NCBI GenBank assembly: GCA_032718475.1
Contig: JAUCBJ010008077.1
Span: 84,189-148,188, forward strand
Reading direction: 5' to 3'
DNA: 64,000 bases
Source: Nemertoderma westbladi
Lineage: Eukaryota; Animalia; Xenacoelomorpha
Both the position numbers and the translations under genes were made by a program. The notes beneath the pieces were generated by a model, which saw only the letters and a list, made by a program, of their open reading frames with translations, was not told the DNA's origin and made no database searches. The first letter of the stretch is position 1, and every line of letters starts with the position of its first letter. Below are positions 1 through 12,299 of this stretch, in pieces.

Positions 1-982
1 CCATCAGGAATAATTGAAAACGATCCCACTAATAAAAAACGGTTCGTAGTAAATATACAAGAACCTCTTTTTAGATGTTGAATGTCAGTATTCGATTTAA
101 CAACTGTCAGTATGCTATTTGTGTTAGGTGTGCTATAAAAGTGTTTGCCATTTGCAGATTAAATCTTGAGAGAACAATTTACAGCAGAGTTGATGTTGAG
201 TACAGTGGGTTGAGAAGAATTTAGATGGAAAGATGAGGCAATATTCTACTGAATTAACTGATGACAATAATTCAATTGCAAGTGGGTGCAGTAATACAAA
301 TAGAACAGGTGTCATGGATTCAGTCGACTGTGGGCTTATTTTATTAGCCCATGCTCGATAGTCATGGAAGATCGATGTGATTCTACTGCTTCTCTAAATT
401 CAGCAAAAAGGACTCTTTTTGCAAATTCTCCGAATCCAAATTGGCTACGAAATTGTGCCATATTGGAATCGGACAGTGAGCCTAAAGAAGATGCAATAAT
501 TGTGGATAATATTGTAGAACCATCTTATTGCTTTAAAGAAGGTACAACAAGGGGGAATCTACAGAGGGAGAGGTACTATCAAAGGTTCAGTGTGGATAGT
601 TCCACTGAACTCTTACGATGGAAATCATCTTTAGAGCAGCAGCAGAAGACATCAAAAAAATGTATAGTAGATCAGTTGTATAAGGTCTCAAGAATGGCCT
701 ATTAAATACAAAAAGGCCCAAAACAACGTTGAAATGGGTTTTCAGTGATTCCATTCAAATTCTACAAATTTTGCTGGCATTAATTTCATACTTCGAGTTT
801 CGGCTTATGGGACAGAATCCAATCGGACATCTTTACTGCAGTCTGATAGTTTTAATCACACCCTGAAGGCCATCAGGAGATACCGCTCCAAGGTAGTCCG
901 TGTATGGGAAGCTATAGAATCCCAAGCGAGGGAGATAGACTCCCTTCAGAAATTTCATGATATAAAACCTGCGGATGCCTTA

Positions 983-2692
983 TTTATTTAATTTATGCCA
1001 GGCAAAGAACACCCATATCACATTGATTTAAACAATAGACATAATGATTAACAAATTATAATAATATAGCTAGGTATGGTGGGGTGGGGCCCCGAGCAGG
1101 GAAGCACAAACTGCAATGAATAAAGAAAATCAATACAAAACAAAATAAACAAAATAACAAAACAAAACAAAATAAACGATTTGGACCTCCTAATGGCTGT
1201 CCAAGGAACACCGACCAATCAGACGGCTCGTCTGGAACGTCACCATGGCCAAACTCTGCACAATACTATTCTGAGACGAGTTCACGCGATGCAACAGTGA
1301 TACCCGCGCATTGTGAAGGACATGAATGAGTTTCGGCAGATTTAATGCACCACACATGTATGATACACTAGAGTCATACCGAAATCCAAACAATTTTCTA
1401 ATTATATTGTTGTAGGCCACCCTAAACTTGTTGTACGTTGCAATGGAGTAGTTACTTCGAGCCCACAACGAGCTGCAATAAACTTGCGTACAAAATGAGC
1501 GAAAAAGTTTCACTTTAACGTCCCGAGAACTGTAGCTGAATTTACGAATGAGGAAATTACCCCTACGATATAAACTCGATAGCTGATTTAGAATGTCATA
1601 ATTGTCATCGGTGGTAGAGTGAAATATATGACCTAAGTACTTAAATTTTGTAACTGTCTCAATAGCCTTACCATTTATCGATATATATTTAACTAAATCG
1701 TTGTTACTAGATTTCGGTATGTATCGCATAAACTTAGATTTCTTCATATTAATCACAATAGAGTGCCTGTCGGCATAACTGGTGAAAGTGTCAATCAACT
1801 TATTTAAACCAGCTATCGAGTTTGATGCTAAAGATAAGTCATCAGCATACAAAAGATGATTTGATCTCTTATTATTTAATTTACAACCTACGTTTGTATT
1901 AGTTAACTCTACACTTAAGTCGTCCATATATATAGCATAGAAGTAGGCCGATAAAATACCCCCTTGTTTCGTGCCGTTAGTGACTGCAAACGAGTTAGAT
2001 ATACAACCCCCCCATCGTATACTAAGAACTTGAAACCGGTACCAATATCGAACTATCCTAATGTAAAACAGAGGAATGTTACGTTTAATTAATTTATCAA
2101 ATAACTTGTAATGGTTAACCAGATTGAAAGCCTTTGAGGAATCTATGAAACATATGTACACCGCACTGTCATTTTCTAAATAGTATTGTATGGTTTCTTT
2201 TAAAGCGAAAACGCATAATTCAGTACCTAAATTACTTTTAAATCCAAACTGAGAGTCTGTAGTATTCAGTTTAGAACTGAAACGTTCAAGCATAACTAGC
2301 TCCAAAACTTTGCTACTTATAGTTGCAAGGGCTATGCCTCTATAATTATCAAAATGTGTGATATCATCATTTTTGTCCTTCACGATGGGCAAAATATTGC
2401 ATAGCATGAACTCGTCATTCATATGACCATGAACATTGAAAGTACTGTACAGAGCCGCCAGGTGGCGGAACAGACGCGCGGTGCCATGGATATAGTGTTC
2501 GCTGGACAGACCATCAGGTCCAATTTTTCCGGGAGACAACCTACCTACAGCAACAGCTACCTCAACATCAGAAACCAACATATCATTGCTAAACTCAATA
2601 TTACTGAAAATAGATTCAATGTCGTGCTTGCCAGAGTCATCATTTACTTTATTGTATAAGTTTTTGAATCTTTCCTTAAAGGCGTCACATCA
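983..2692 (-). mobile_element. 5'-truncated non-LTR retrotransposon (RTE-X/L2-like; clade not firmly assigned)
   Basis: RT ORF on the minus strand, a short 3' UTR and a (TAAA)n-like tail at ~981-995; CTTA occurs at both junctions (979-982 and 2693-2696). Confidence 0.85.
1190..2581 (-). CDS. LINE reverse transcriptase (frame stays open upstream to ~2686; endonuclease lost)
   Basis: GPDG, NYRGIAL, QFGFK, FIDSSKAF, GTKQGGILS, LYADD and KYLG motifs. Confidence 0.92.
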   Translation of the reverse strand: MLVSDVEVAVAVGRLSPGKIGPDGLSSEHYIHGTARLFRHLAALYSTFNVHGHMNDEFMLCNILPIVKDKNDDITHFDNYRGIALATISSKVLELVMLERFSSKLNTTDSQFGFKSNLGTELCVFALKETIQYYLENDSAVYICFIDSSKAFNLVNHYKLFDKLIKRNIPLFYIRIVRYWYRFQVLSIRWGGCISNSFAVTNGTKQGGILSAYFYAIYMDDLSVELTNTNVGCKLNNKRSNHLLYADDLSLASNSIAGLNKLIDTFTSYADRHSIVINMKKSKFMRYIPKSSNNDLVKYISINGKAIETVTKFKYLGHIFHSTTDDNYDILNQLSSLYRRGNFLIRKFSYSSRDVKVKLFRSFCTQVYCSSLWARSNYSIATYNKFRVAYNNIIRKLFGFRYDSSVSYMCGALNLPKLIHVLHNARVSLLHRVNSSQNSIVQSLAMVTFQTSRLIGRCSLDSH

Positions 2693-3789
2693 CTTAGAAG
2701 TGATAAATAACAAAGACATTCGAGATGCAGTACTTAAGGCACATAAGCATTGCTTGAGTGCCGGTTATATGCAGGAATGTAAGAATTTCCTCGTTGTAAG
2801 ATACATGATGTGTCTTATATGTATTGGTGAGCAGCAGAGGCCAAGTGTGGCTGGCTGCATGAAACTCTGAGTTTCAACGATCAACACATAAATAAAGCCT
2901 TTGATTCGCCATCAAACCAGCATCTATTACTTGTGGCAAATCACAAAACAAAGACATCATCGCATGCAGGTGTTGTAATTGATGCAGATACGTTTAGTAT
3001 GATTGAATCATATATTAAAACTGTCAAGCAACTGCCGGGGTCACCAAATTGTGAATATGTATTCGTGAATTCCTGTGGCAATATATATGGGTCTTCAGTA
3101 ACACAGGAAATAGCAAGGCTCCATAATCATTTTCAATTATCATATTGTCCATCGGTAACCAATGTGAGAAAGGTAATGGAAACGGCAGCCTCAGTAATTC
3201 CTTGTGATTCCACAACGAATAGTCTAGCGAGTTATCTCTGCCATAGTACAATAACCCGCGATAGGAACTACATATTTTCCACTGTGAAAAAAATTTAATG
3301 CCCATGGACTTACTTAAGTCAATGGCCAAGACAGGGGAGCAACAAATGCAGGATGCTCAGGATATGTTCGAGGGCCACTCTGCCCTTCACAAGGTCCTTA
3401 ATCATAATAGCAGAGCTGGGCTGGGGAGTGCTACATCCCTTGCTAACACTACAGCTGCATCTACCTCTGCTGCCGTATCCGATAGTGCCACATCTAGTAT
3501 GATTTCCAACGAAGGAATGGATTCTGTATCAATCCAGAAATCACCACGTTCCCCACTTAAATCGCCATCACTGACAAAAAGCAACGAAGTTATATGTCAT
3601 GGAAGCATATAGACCCCTCCCCAACCCAACTCTTCCAATCTATTACACGTGTTTTTCTATGTAAAGTGAATACCCCCCCCCCCCCCCCCCATGCGACCCT
3701 GTTACCACTGTCGAACAATGCCCACTGTGTATTGTACACCCCTTTACAGGTCCACATTGTTTGGTACGTAAGAACAGGCTACGTCACCT

Positions 3790-4240
3790 ATTCAGGGATG
3801 CCCTACATGCCACCAACCTACGTATTATTTTTAGATCTGTGAATAGGTTGTCTTCATTTTTCAGAACTAAAGATCTAGTTACCAAGCATATTGTTTATCT
3901 TTTTTCCTGTAGTAGCTGTAATGCTACGTATATTGGTAAATCTATCCATCATATTGGCGTATGTGTAGGAGAGCATAGTGGAAAATGACTTTCCACTCTG
4001 TTCTCCTACACGTACGCCAAGATGACCTTACAAACTACTTTTCTGTCCCCAGAAATTCAGCGGTTTTCGACCACTGGATTGGTACGGACCACTCATTCTC
4101 CCTACAGAACTTTGAAGTACTTTGTACAGTGCGTGATTCTTTTAGTTTATCCAATTTTATTAGAATTTTATTTAATTTATTTGAGAGACAGACACCCGAC
4201 GTTGAATACACTTAATAGCTCCATTCCTCTTCAATTATAC
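3790..4240 (+). pseudogene. Penelope-like element fragment, GIY-YIG endonuclease
   Basis: RLSSFFRTKD...IVYLFSCSSCNATYIGKS...EH, then SAVFDHW...HSFSLQNFEVL and PTLN: the typical C-terminal GIY-YIG region of Penelope elements; frame broken near 3985. Confidence 0.75.
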
Positions 4241-4904
4241 ATGATGCAGTATAATACCACATATCTTTTAGCCATAGTTTTTCTGCAGATTGGGATACGT
4301 CACTGCTATGGACATCTTTCACTCTCAACATTTTTCTATATTTATTATCGGTACTAATAACTAATCTACTGTAATAACTAAATAAACAGGTGTTTTGTTT
4401 CATCACTAGCTTAATAACCCCTAATCATCACTCACTGCTCCTGTAGCGCTGTAGTTGTGTTTGCATGATCGATTATAACAGTAAGCTATAGATAGATTAT
4501 AGACCCTAGACATATAAACAAATCAACTATATATTATTATTACGGTATCACAATCACCATGGCATATTGTGTGATTATATTCACAACTGATCCGGATCAT
4601 CATATTAATGTCGAATATACTGGGGTTGTTTGCACTACGTGGCTGCAGCCAGGTCATATAACTGTGGCTTACCCAGATTCAACCAGTGAAGTAATAGGAG
4701 TCCCCATTATTTTAAAATCTACTCTAGATGCATTAAAATACAAATTTCTTAAATTTTTAGCGAGGGGGGTTATCCCCTCCCACCACCCCCCCCCCCCCTT
4801 AATATACAACAAATAAGAGAATTCATTTTTTAAACAAAAAATATGATCACTTCAATCAGTCATATGTACTATACATTAGGGTAGATCGAAAAAAATGTAA
4901 CTGT

Positions 4905-5230
4905 GAATGTAACTTTTCCCTATGTTAGAAATGTGTGAAATTGCCTAAAACCACATAAAAACATCACTTTCCAAGTTTTTGACAATGCATGACCCCCGCA
5001 CAATTAGTTCAAACAAACAACATTTTTTACCAAACTATGTAATATTAATTCAATTAGAAAGAAATTTTTTTTTTAATATGACTTTTCCCAGTGCTAGAAG
5101 TGTCTGAAATGGCCTAAAACCATAAAAAACACAACTTTTCCTTCAAATTTTTGACAATGCAAGACCCCCACACAAATAGTGTAAACAAACATCATTTTGC
5201 TAACCTACAAAACTATGTAATAATTATTAA
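4905..5230. repeat. Diverged tandem duplication, two copies of ~165-170 bp
   Basis: acttttccc..gcctaaaacca..tttttgacaatgca.gacccc..aaactatgtaata occurs at ~4912-5045 and ~5081-5225. Confidence 0.75.
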
Positions 5231-5231
5231 C

Positions 5232-5525
5232 TGTTAGACTGTGGGTAGCAGTTTTTTATTTACCAACCCAAATCCACCATGGCGGGAAATATGTACCTTT
5301 ATACAGTAAATTACAACTTTTTAACCTCCAGAGACTAGGCCAACCAGAATGTTGACGGACACTGCAAACGGAGCTGTACCTGCTAACACTTGAGAGCCGG
5401 CAACAGTACACATTACATACTATATATATACTTATCCATATCCACTCTGCGTCCACTTAATTTCTGTCTTAATTATAATTACACGTTATTCGAACTAAAG
5501 ACAAGATGCTTCTTACAGTCTAATA
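5232..5525 (+). repeat. Probable LTR (294 bp), possibly the displaced 5' LTR of element C
   Basis: Starts TGTTAGACTGT and ends ACAGTCTAATA (11-bp inverted termini, one mismatch); TATA-like run at ~5420. No target-site duplication seen and no second copy in the window. Confidence 0.5.
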
Positions 5526-6124
5526 AAAGCCTAACCCACCTACTAGACTACCACTACTAAATCACCTACTAGACTGAACTGCTAGATATACTTTCTAATC
5601 ATATTTAGACCTACTTCCATCCCCTGCATCACTGCATACTGTCCTATAGATATATAATGTCCTATATTGAATTAAATATATTTTGTAGTGTTTTGGTTAT
5701 TAATACTCATGACACTATTGTTCGCGCTTTTGAAGACCTTTAGCAGTTTAACCTGCCAAAATTTATATGTCTTTTATGTTAATTAAAACCACTTTAGCAT
5801 ACGACAATATTTTATGCTAATACGCAAAACATTAGCCGAAGACAGCCCATGCGCGATCATTCACCCGATGGATCTACACCCGGGAGGCTGAATTCGGATG
5901 CTTAAATTTTATTATTGCAGTGTAAGGTTGCAGTGTATACCTACTGTATTATTCGATAGATCGTTAATAATTAATCTCTGACAGATATTATTGGCTTTCG
6001 GGAAATATTAACAGTTCCTTTAGGACGTGGCGCTTTATCTATTTAAACAGAACTAAGACTTATACTAAAACGCAACGATACTGCTTATGATTGAAGTATA
6101 AAGCGTATTCTTTAGGAAATACTT

Positions 6125-6960
6125 TGTTACCAATCACAATCATACACACTATTCTGCCGACAGTCAGTATATTTGATCACACATAAAGAGAGCAACAATT
6201 GACTCACGTAGGGTCTGCTAAATAACATTGGATTCAATACACCACATTAATATAAATCGCAATTGTTATGTATAGCCGGTCTCTCTAACCTGTAGTGTAT
6301 CAAGAAAATTGGGAATTTGGGTGATTTATCCGTATTATCCAAAGAGCAATATTTCCATCAACAAATAGGTACAATTAATAACTGACGGTAAAATAACAGT
6401 ACAAACAATATGATTAATGCAATTAAATTAAGTGAGCTAGTGAGTTCGTTCGATTGATTAATTAGGTAACAGTTTATACTTTCGATAATTTAAGCAGTTT
6501 TACTAGAGTTCTTCCCAAAAAGCCGGTGTTTCTGGCTTAGACAGCAATAACAACAAAGTATCAAGTAAAAACAGTAAGACTGAACACTCTCCTTATGATC
6601 GGCTGAAAAGCTACACGTCGACAGGAAAAATCGCTCTGATTGGCTCAAGCCAAACAAAGAACCATGCGTCCAATGGCTGTTTCCATGTCAGCAACCAGCT
6701 GTTAGATGTCGTAATATGAATCATCACGGCTAAGCTGTGAAAGGTAGTTGGTGCATTACAGGTTTTTTGCCTTACCATGTCCGCCAAAACACGTATATAG
6801 CAGAATGACTTTTATGTCCGTTAAAACACCTGTAACGGTACCTTGCGGGCGAGGGGAATATATATACAGTTAGAGAACCTTTTTAGAGTATTCCAGCGCC
6901 TGGGGGGAAACTGGATTGCGAAGCAAAAGGGGCCAGTTATATCCCACAGAAGCTTTTACA
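6125..6960 (-). repeat. Putative 3' LTR of element A
   Basis: Minus strand reads TGGGAGCGG (PPT-like, 6961-6969) then TGTAAAAG at 6960; a candidate end ...GGTAACA lies at 6125. No second copy to confirm the far boundary. Confidence 0.5.
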
Positions 6961-7038
6961 CCGCTCCCAGAAAATGGGATTTGAGTCTATAAATATACAA
7001 AAATCACAGTTTCTAATATACGTAAATACTCTAAACAG

Positions 7039-8043
7039 TTAGTCTTTCTTGCGCGGACGGCGTTTACGCAGTTTTTTAAAGCTAGCAAGAGTCCTTTTCT
7101 CTTTGGGGCGAGCCACTTTACGAGGAGGGCTATAACTCCTGGGTGAAGGGTGCAATATGATTGCATCAGAAGGTATGGGATTGCGATCGGTATATCCGCC
7201 GGTCGAAGTACCGGATTGATTGACATCCACGTCCGGGGAGAGGGGTCTAACGGCTTTGAGAGCTCGTTTCAAGACAGCCGCTCTTACGGGTCCTTTACGA
7301 GTGGTCTGAACGAGGGCCGTGGGTGGACCATAGGCAGTTAGAAACTTCCTTGGTTTAATGGTTCTTTCCAACTCGCGTTCGCGGGCTCTGTACTCGTAAG
7401 GCCGTCGATATACTTCCTGTAACTCAGGGTGTGAGTTGACAAATAAGTCTCCATAGGCCGGATCTTGACGGATAAAGTTTATTAAGTTATACGAATTGAT
7501 GTCACTCGGATTAATGCTCCTGAGGAATTTGCGTACATATTTGGTTGAAATACATTCTCCAATGCGCTTCAATAGTTCATAACTTGATAGGCGCGATTTC
7601 TGCTCGACGGAGGCAAACAAATATGGATGGAACGCATAAACTCCTTCGTAAGCGCGTCCAGGATAATAGCGATGGCGTGAATCACAATGTAAATCAGCGT
7701 TCGCTTCCCAAGCTCTGATATAACGTAGTACAATCATTTCATCTACGCTCTCTAAATCATGATTAAAGGGACAATCAAAGCTGGCGTGTCCATTTAATTG
7801 ACAATGATGGCATTGAGTCATAAATTGGGGGCAGACAGCAAAAATGTGCAAATTATTAAGCCGACAATATGCACAATAGATTTCCATCGACGGTTGTTCA
7901 TGGAAATAGGAACAAAGATCGTTGGTGTCCATAGACGTAATATGGTCTCTCGATGCGCATAGCCGACAACGTTGTCTAGAAACATAATTGGCATGGCGAT
8001 AATCATACGCCGTAAGACACTGGGAACCTTGATACCATTCCAA
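7039..8043 (-). CDS. Accessory ORF of element A, C-terminal part: three CCHC-type knuckles and a basic tail
   Basis: CRLC..H..C, CAYC....H....CP, CHHCQLNGHASFDC, then WEANAD; same layout as the C-terminus of the element C accessory ORF. Ends in KKLRKRRPRKK (NLS-like). Confidence 0.7.
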   Translation of the reverse strand: MEWYQGSQCLTAYDYRHANYVSRQRCRLCASRDHITSMDTNDLCSYFHEQPSMEIYCAYCRLNNLHIFAVCPQFMTQCHHCQLNGHASFDCPFNHDLESVDEMIVLRYIRAWEANADLHCDSRHRYYPGRAYEGVYAFHPYLFASVEQKSRLSSYELLKRIGECISTKYVRKFLRSINPSDINSYNLINFIRQDPAYGDLFVNSHPELQEVYRRPYEYRARERELERTIKPRKFLTAYGPPTALVQTTRKGPVRAAVLKRALKAVRPLSPDVDVNQSGTSTGGYTDRNPIPSDAIILHPSPRSYSPPRKVARPKEKRTLASFKKLRKRRPRKKD

Positions 8044-8089
8044 TATGTAGTCGCTATCGCTACTCCGAGACGTGGGGGGCTGAATCTCT

Positions 8090-8488
8090 TCAGATTCTAA
8101 ACATATTGGTTCGTCTTCCCAGTCTGTTACGAATATAATTTTCGTGATCTATTCTCGGTTTATCGTTACGACTCCGCTGGGTATGATATTTAAATAGAAC
8201 CATTTCCCTTTCGGTGTATACATCGTCCGTATCATGTAAATAGATAGGATGGCCGGTAGTTAGGAAGTCCATATACGTACCATTACGATGCGTATAGCGA
8301 GCGGTTAATTTTCGATAGTCCAATTCATGCGTAAGTTGCTCTTGGGACATCGGCGGTTCGATATAACGACCATCGTCCTCCGTAATAGTCGGATCGGCTT
8401 CACTGCGTATCAAGCTATCCACAAACGCTTGTAAAGGTAGAGTATATCGCTCCCTGATACCAAGGTCATCTTCTATCAATTCCGTCAT
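8090..8488 (-). CDS. Accessory ORF of element A, N-terminal part (probably continuous with 7039-8043 across a frameshift); function unknown
   Basis: Same strand; the 7039-8043 frame stays open into the end of this ORF. Confidence 0.5.
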   Translation of the reverse strand: MTELIEDDLGIRERYTLPLQAFVDSLIRSEADPTITEDDGRYIEPPMSQEQLTHELDYRKLTARYTHRNGTYMDFLTTGHPIYLHDTDDVYTEREMVLFKYHTQRSRNDKPRIDHENYIRNRLGRRTNMFRI

Positions 8489-9297
8489 ATCTGCTATCTG
8501 AGTTTATTAATATCAATATGAGTTAATATTTTAGGCAAGCGGGCGTCGCTGCCTACTAGGCTTTTGCCCCGGACAGTGGGTTTCTCAGCGCCGATGTACC
8601 GTTGTCACGGTGTTTACGCCAACATGTAGCAACAGCACGACAACGATAACCGGCACAAGTCCCACCACTGTCCGTCCCAAAGGCTTGAATCCACTTGAGG
8701 TTATCTCGGTAGAGTTAGGGCTATTTTACAATTGCGATTAGCTACTGTAAACACACTTTAGTAGTAACATTCACCTATAAATGCACAAATTCCATACAAT
8801 CATTACTTATTGCACACATGCATGCCATTTGTCCGTTAGTCAGTGTCTTCCAGAATGTCACGTTATTACTATGTATCCTTGGATACTAATAGTGCGTTAT
8901 GTATACTCTTATGCTACGCAATGGGGTAAGCTTTTTATTGTTCCTCTAACTTGCTTCTAATTCTAGCGTGGGTGTTGCCATGGTGACATTATGGAAAACT
9001 AGCGGTAGAATTAGGGCAATCCTCATGCATACAGATCTGGGATGTTATTTAATAGTAATTCTTTAATTGTCAATATCCCCTTTATGCATGATTTTATAAA
9101 TTTTATCGGCTATTGACTATATGTTGGAGATTCTCGCACTCTAGTACACTCAATATGAATCTCCGCTCCCATGATCTATTAATTACTGGAATTTTGGGAA
9201 TGTTATAAATTGCACAAAATGACAATTTATGAAATTCATTTGAATATGAATTTAAATTTATTCCCGTGAATTTTATTATTTGATGTTAAATTGATAC

Positions 9298-9592
9298 AAA
9301 TTTTATTCCAGAGCATATCTGGGGACTTAGGATCCTTAATTCTATAAAATAGTCCTTCTAAGAGTATCGGTAAATACTGCGATATCTTAATTGACTAGAA
9401 ATTTTAAAGGATCGGGATTTTACAGATTTTAATAAATATTAAATTAAGATTTAGGATGGGCACCGATTTATTCCAGAACTTGTCTGGGGACGTTAACCAC
9501 TGATTCTAGAATTTGTCTTTCAAGTATATCGGTGGGTGCCACGATATCTTAATCGACTAGAATTACAGATGGTCAAAAATTTAACAGATTTA
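9298..9592. repeat. Diverged ~167-bp tandem duplication in the element A spacer
   Basis: tttattccaga..tctggggac..tatcggt..cgatatcttaat.gactagaa..acagattt at ~9302 and ~9467. Confidence 0.7.
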
Positions 9593-10107
9593 TTTGCGAT
9601 TTACGCTACTGTTGGAGGGACATCACGCTACTATATGTATTATTTGTTATAAGGTAGAAGAGCAATATCGCACGAAGCAATGTCAGTGTGAAGAGGCAAG
9701 TCGTTTCCAAGGTCTACCCAGAGCTTGGTTTAGCCGAGACACGAGGATCTGAACTTTGCATTCCTAATACTCTGCCTACCAATAATACTTAAATATAGTA
9801 GTGGCTTTATTGTACTTTAAGAAGTACGGACATTTCATCTTACTGTAGTCACGTATTTATAATATGATACGGACAGTAAGGGAAGAGAAAAATAATTACT
9901 TCTTGCCGTCGCACTAAATATATATTATAAGTAATTATGTACGTAATAAACACTAATATATTGCACTAATCTACTAAACATTCTAAAATAGCATTTTACT
10001 AAATAAAATTAAATAAAAACGATTATAATAAAGTACATAATAAAGTTCGCATATAAAATGTAATAAAATAGATAAAATAATATAGTCATACACCCACTCC
10101 AGACGTA

Positions 10108-12261
10108 TCACGTTATGGAGTCCCTAGATATTTGTCGGATTAGGGAAGTGGTCGTAGGAAGAGTATCTTGCCTTCCATAGTTTCCGGACAGTTTTCGGTC
10201 TCTTTCCAGTAAACATAAACGACTAGCTGGGCGATTGAGTTGTTGTGTTACTTTCTCCGCTCCCTTGGCCTGTCTAATCTCCGTCATGGTAAGATGAGGA
10301 GGCCATTCTTCTTCTTCTTTACTTAAGGAGTCGGATCCACCTAACCAGCCTGGAGTATCTATCAGTTCTTGAGGAGTTGCTCCTCTGGAAGCGATGTCGG
10401 CTGGATTAATCGTCCCAAGGCAATGTCTCCATTGATCTACATTGGAGTTAATATCGTCATTATCTGAGGAGTATGGTGTTCCCTCAGTTGGATCGTCCAC
10501 ATCACTGCTCTCCACTTCCCATTCCTTTACTTGGTATACCTGTTGTTGAGGTAATCTCTCTTTGAGAGTTCTACGGGAAGGGCCAGTGAAGTACCAACCT
10601 ACTCTAGTTCTTACCGCATAGGTTTGCAGTGGCTGCGGTTGAGCAGGCCGTTTCTCCAATGTCTCGAGCGCCTCATGCGCGTTTTGGCCGATGAGGATTT
10701 GCACTCCAGGATAATCGGTTTGGAATCGAGGTATCTCAAGATGTTGGATGCACTCGTCCTCGTCCCAATTATAAGGTTCTGCTTGAGTAGTAGCAAAGTT
10801 CTTTATAGCCACCATTTTTACTGACCTTATACCTTGTGTTCCTAACTTATCCTGGGGGGTGGACAACACACCTACATAGTAATCTGCCGTTAGGTTAGAT
10901 TTCCAAACCTGCATAATTCCTGACATATTCAATTTAGTCCGGAACTTGGGTTGTCCAGCAAAGATATCTTCGGCTAGTTCTTGATCGATGAATGTTCCTG
11001 TGCTGCCGGAGTCAAGTAGGGCGTTCACTATGTAACTCTTGTTGGGACCATGAACTCGAACTTGCACTACAGGAAATTCTCTTATTCCTATGTTGGAAGT
11101 TGGAACTTTCCAAGATGGTTGTTTGTCAAAAGGAGTTGGAGTAAACTCGTCAGTGTCCTTTTCATCCGTAAGTGCTCGATACACTGTGGTATTTATTAGA
11201 TAACAGGATTCGTTGGCATCGGAGAATTCGTCTGTATAGAATCCTTCCCACTCAGAACCTTGGTCAGTGTCGTTCACATCACTGAATTGGACATGTAGTT
11301 CGGGCTCACTTACCTGACTCGGGTTGTCTCGTTCGAACTCACTGTGTAACAAGATGTGATGTTTCGCGCCACACTTTGCACACTTTACGTCGGAGTAACA
11401 GGTTCGCCGTTGGTGTCCTGATCTGAGGCAATTATAGCATAACCGCTTATTCCACAGGACTGTACGTCTGTCTACAGGGGATTTCTTTAGAAATTCAGCA
11501 CACGCACTCAAACGGTGGGGCCCGTCGCACAGCGCACATTTTGGTTTGATGTTACTCACCTTAACTTGGTTAACGTTCTGCACTCTCGTTCTTTCTTCGG
11601 GCTTTCTTCCGTGAATTATCTTAGGAGACGTAGGAGGAGTTGTTGTTACCTGTTCTCTCCTGTCACTGGTTCGAGACTTGTATTTACTTACGTCTTTATA
11701 GGTCTTGTTGTCATAGTAAGATTTTGCTGTGTCTTTCCCGCTGTCCTCTTCTTGAGAAGCTTGGCTTTCGCCGTCGTCAGTATAACACACTGGTATTATC
11801 CTTCTCCTAGAAACGGGTTTCTCACTTACCTTATTTTCCGATGTTTTCTCTCTGGACTGCCTTATGAGTTGTAATTTTACTTCACTATCTAAGAAAGACA
11901 TGAGATCAGCCATGGTAGGACTTCGTCGTTGTTGTTCATTCATGTACAACACTTTCTTGTCCCAGCGTGTACATACTCCACCCTTTGGTAAAGTAGAGAC
12001 TACGGCTCCAATAACCATGGAACTCTGATATTCATGCGACTTACCTAACCAGTCCAGTTGTCTACAGATCTCTTGAATTTCATCGGAAAACTCTATAATC
12101 TCGCTACTAAGGAAGTGTCGGGGGGCTACTAATTTTGCATACAAATACTTAGCTATGTTATCCTTGTTACCATACCTGATGTTTAGTGTATCCCAAACTT
12201 GTCTTAATCCATCTGGATGTCCAATAAACTTTAACGCCATTAACTTGGGAGGTCCTTCCAA
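10108..12261 (-). pseudogene. BEL/Pao Gag-protease fused by internal deletion to the end of RNase H
   Basis: Three BEL Gag knuckles (CALCDGPH..C, CYNCLRSGH..C, CAKCGAKHHILLH), protease LLDSGST, RTRVGW, then WRHC..INPADIASRG; no YVDD and no integrase. Confidence 0.85.
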
Positions 12262-12299
12262 ACATTTGAAACACCATGAATTTAACTATCCGTTTTATC

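Larger units (their letters stand above)
364..3310 (+). pseudogene. Tyrosine recombinase (Crypton-like) pseudogene, broken by stops and frameshifts and split by a LINE
   Basis: Fragments 2697-2870 and 2933-3298 show YR catalytic motifs in order: QQRPSV (R), VANHKT (K), TNVRK (HxxR equivalent), YLCHS (H), RNY (Y). Removing 983-2696 rejoins ...DIKPADA-LEVINNKDIR in frame. The 5' limit is uncertain. Confidence 0.65.

Noticed and set aside
2586-2692. N-terminal part of ORF 2586-2870 as recombinase sequence
   Set aside because: It is the antisense of the LINE ORF (FKERFKNLYN...); the recombinase resumes near 2694.
4559-4816. 85-aa ORF as a host gene
   Set aside because: Short, with no recognisable motif or exon context.
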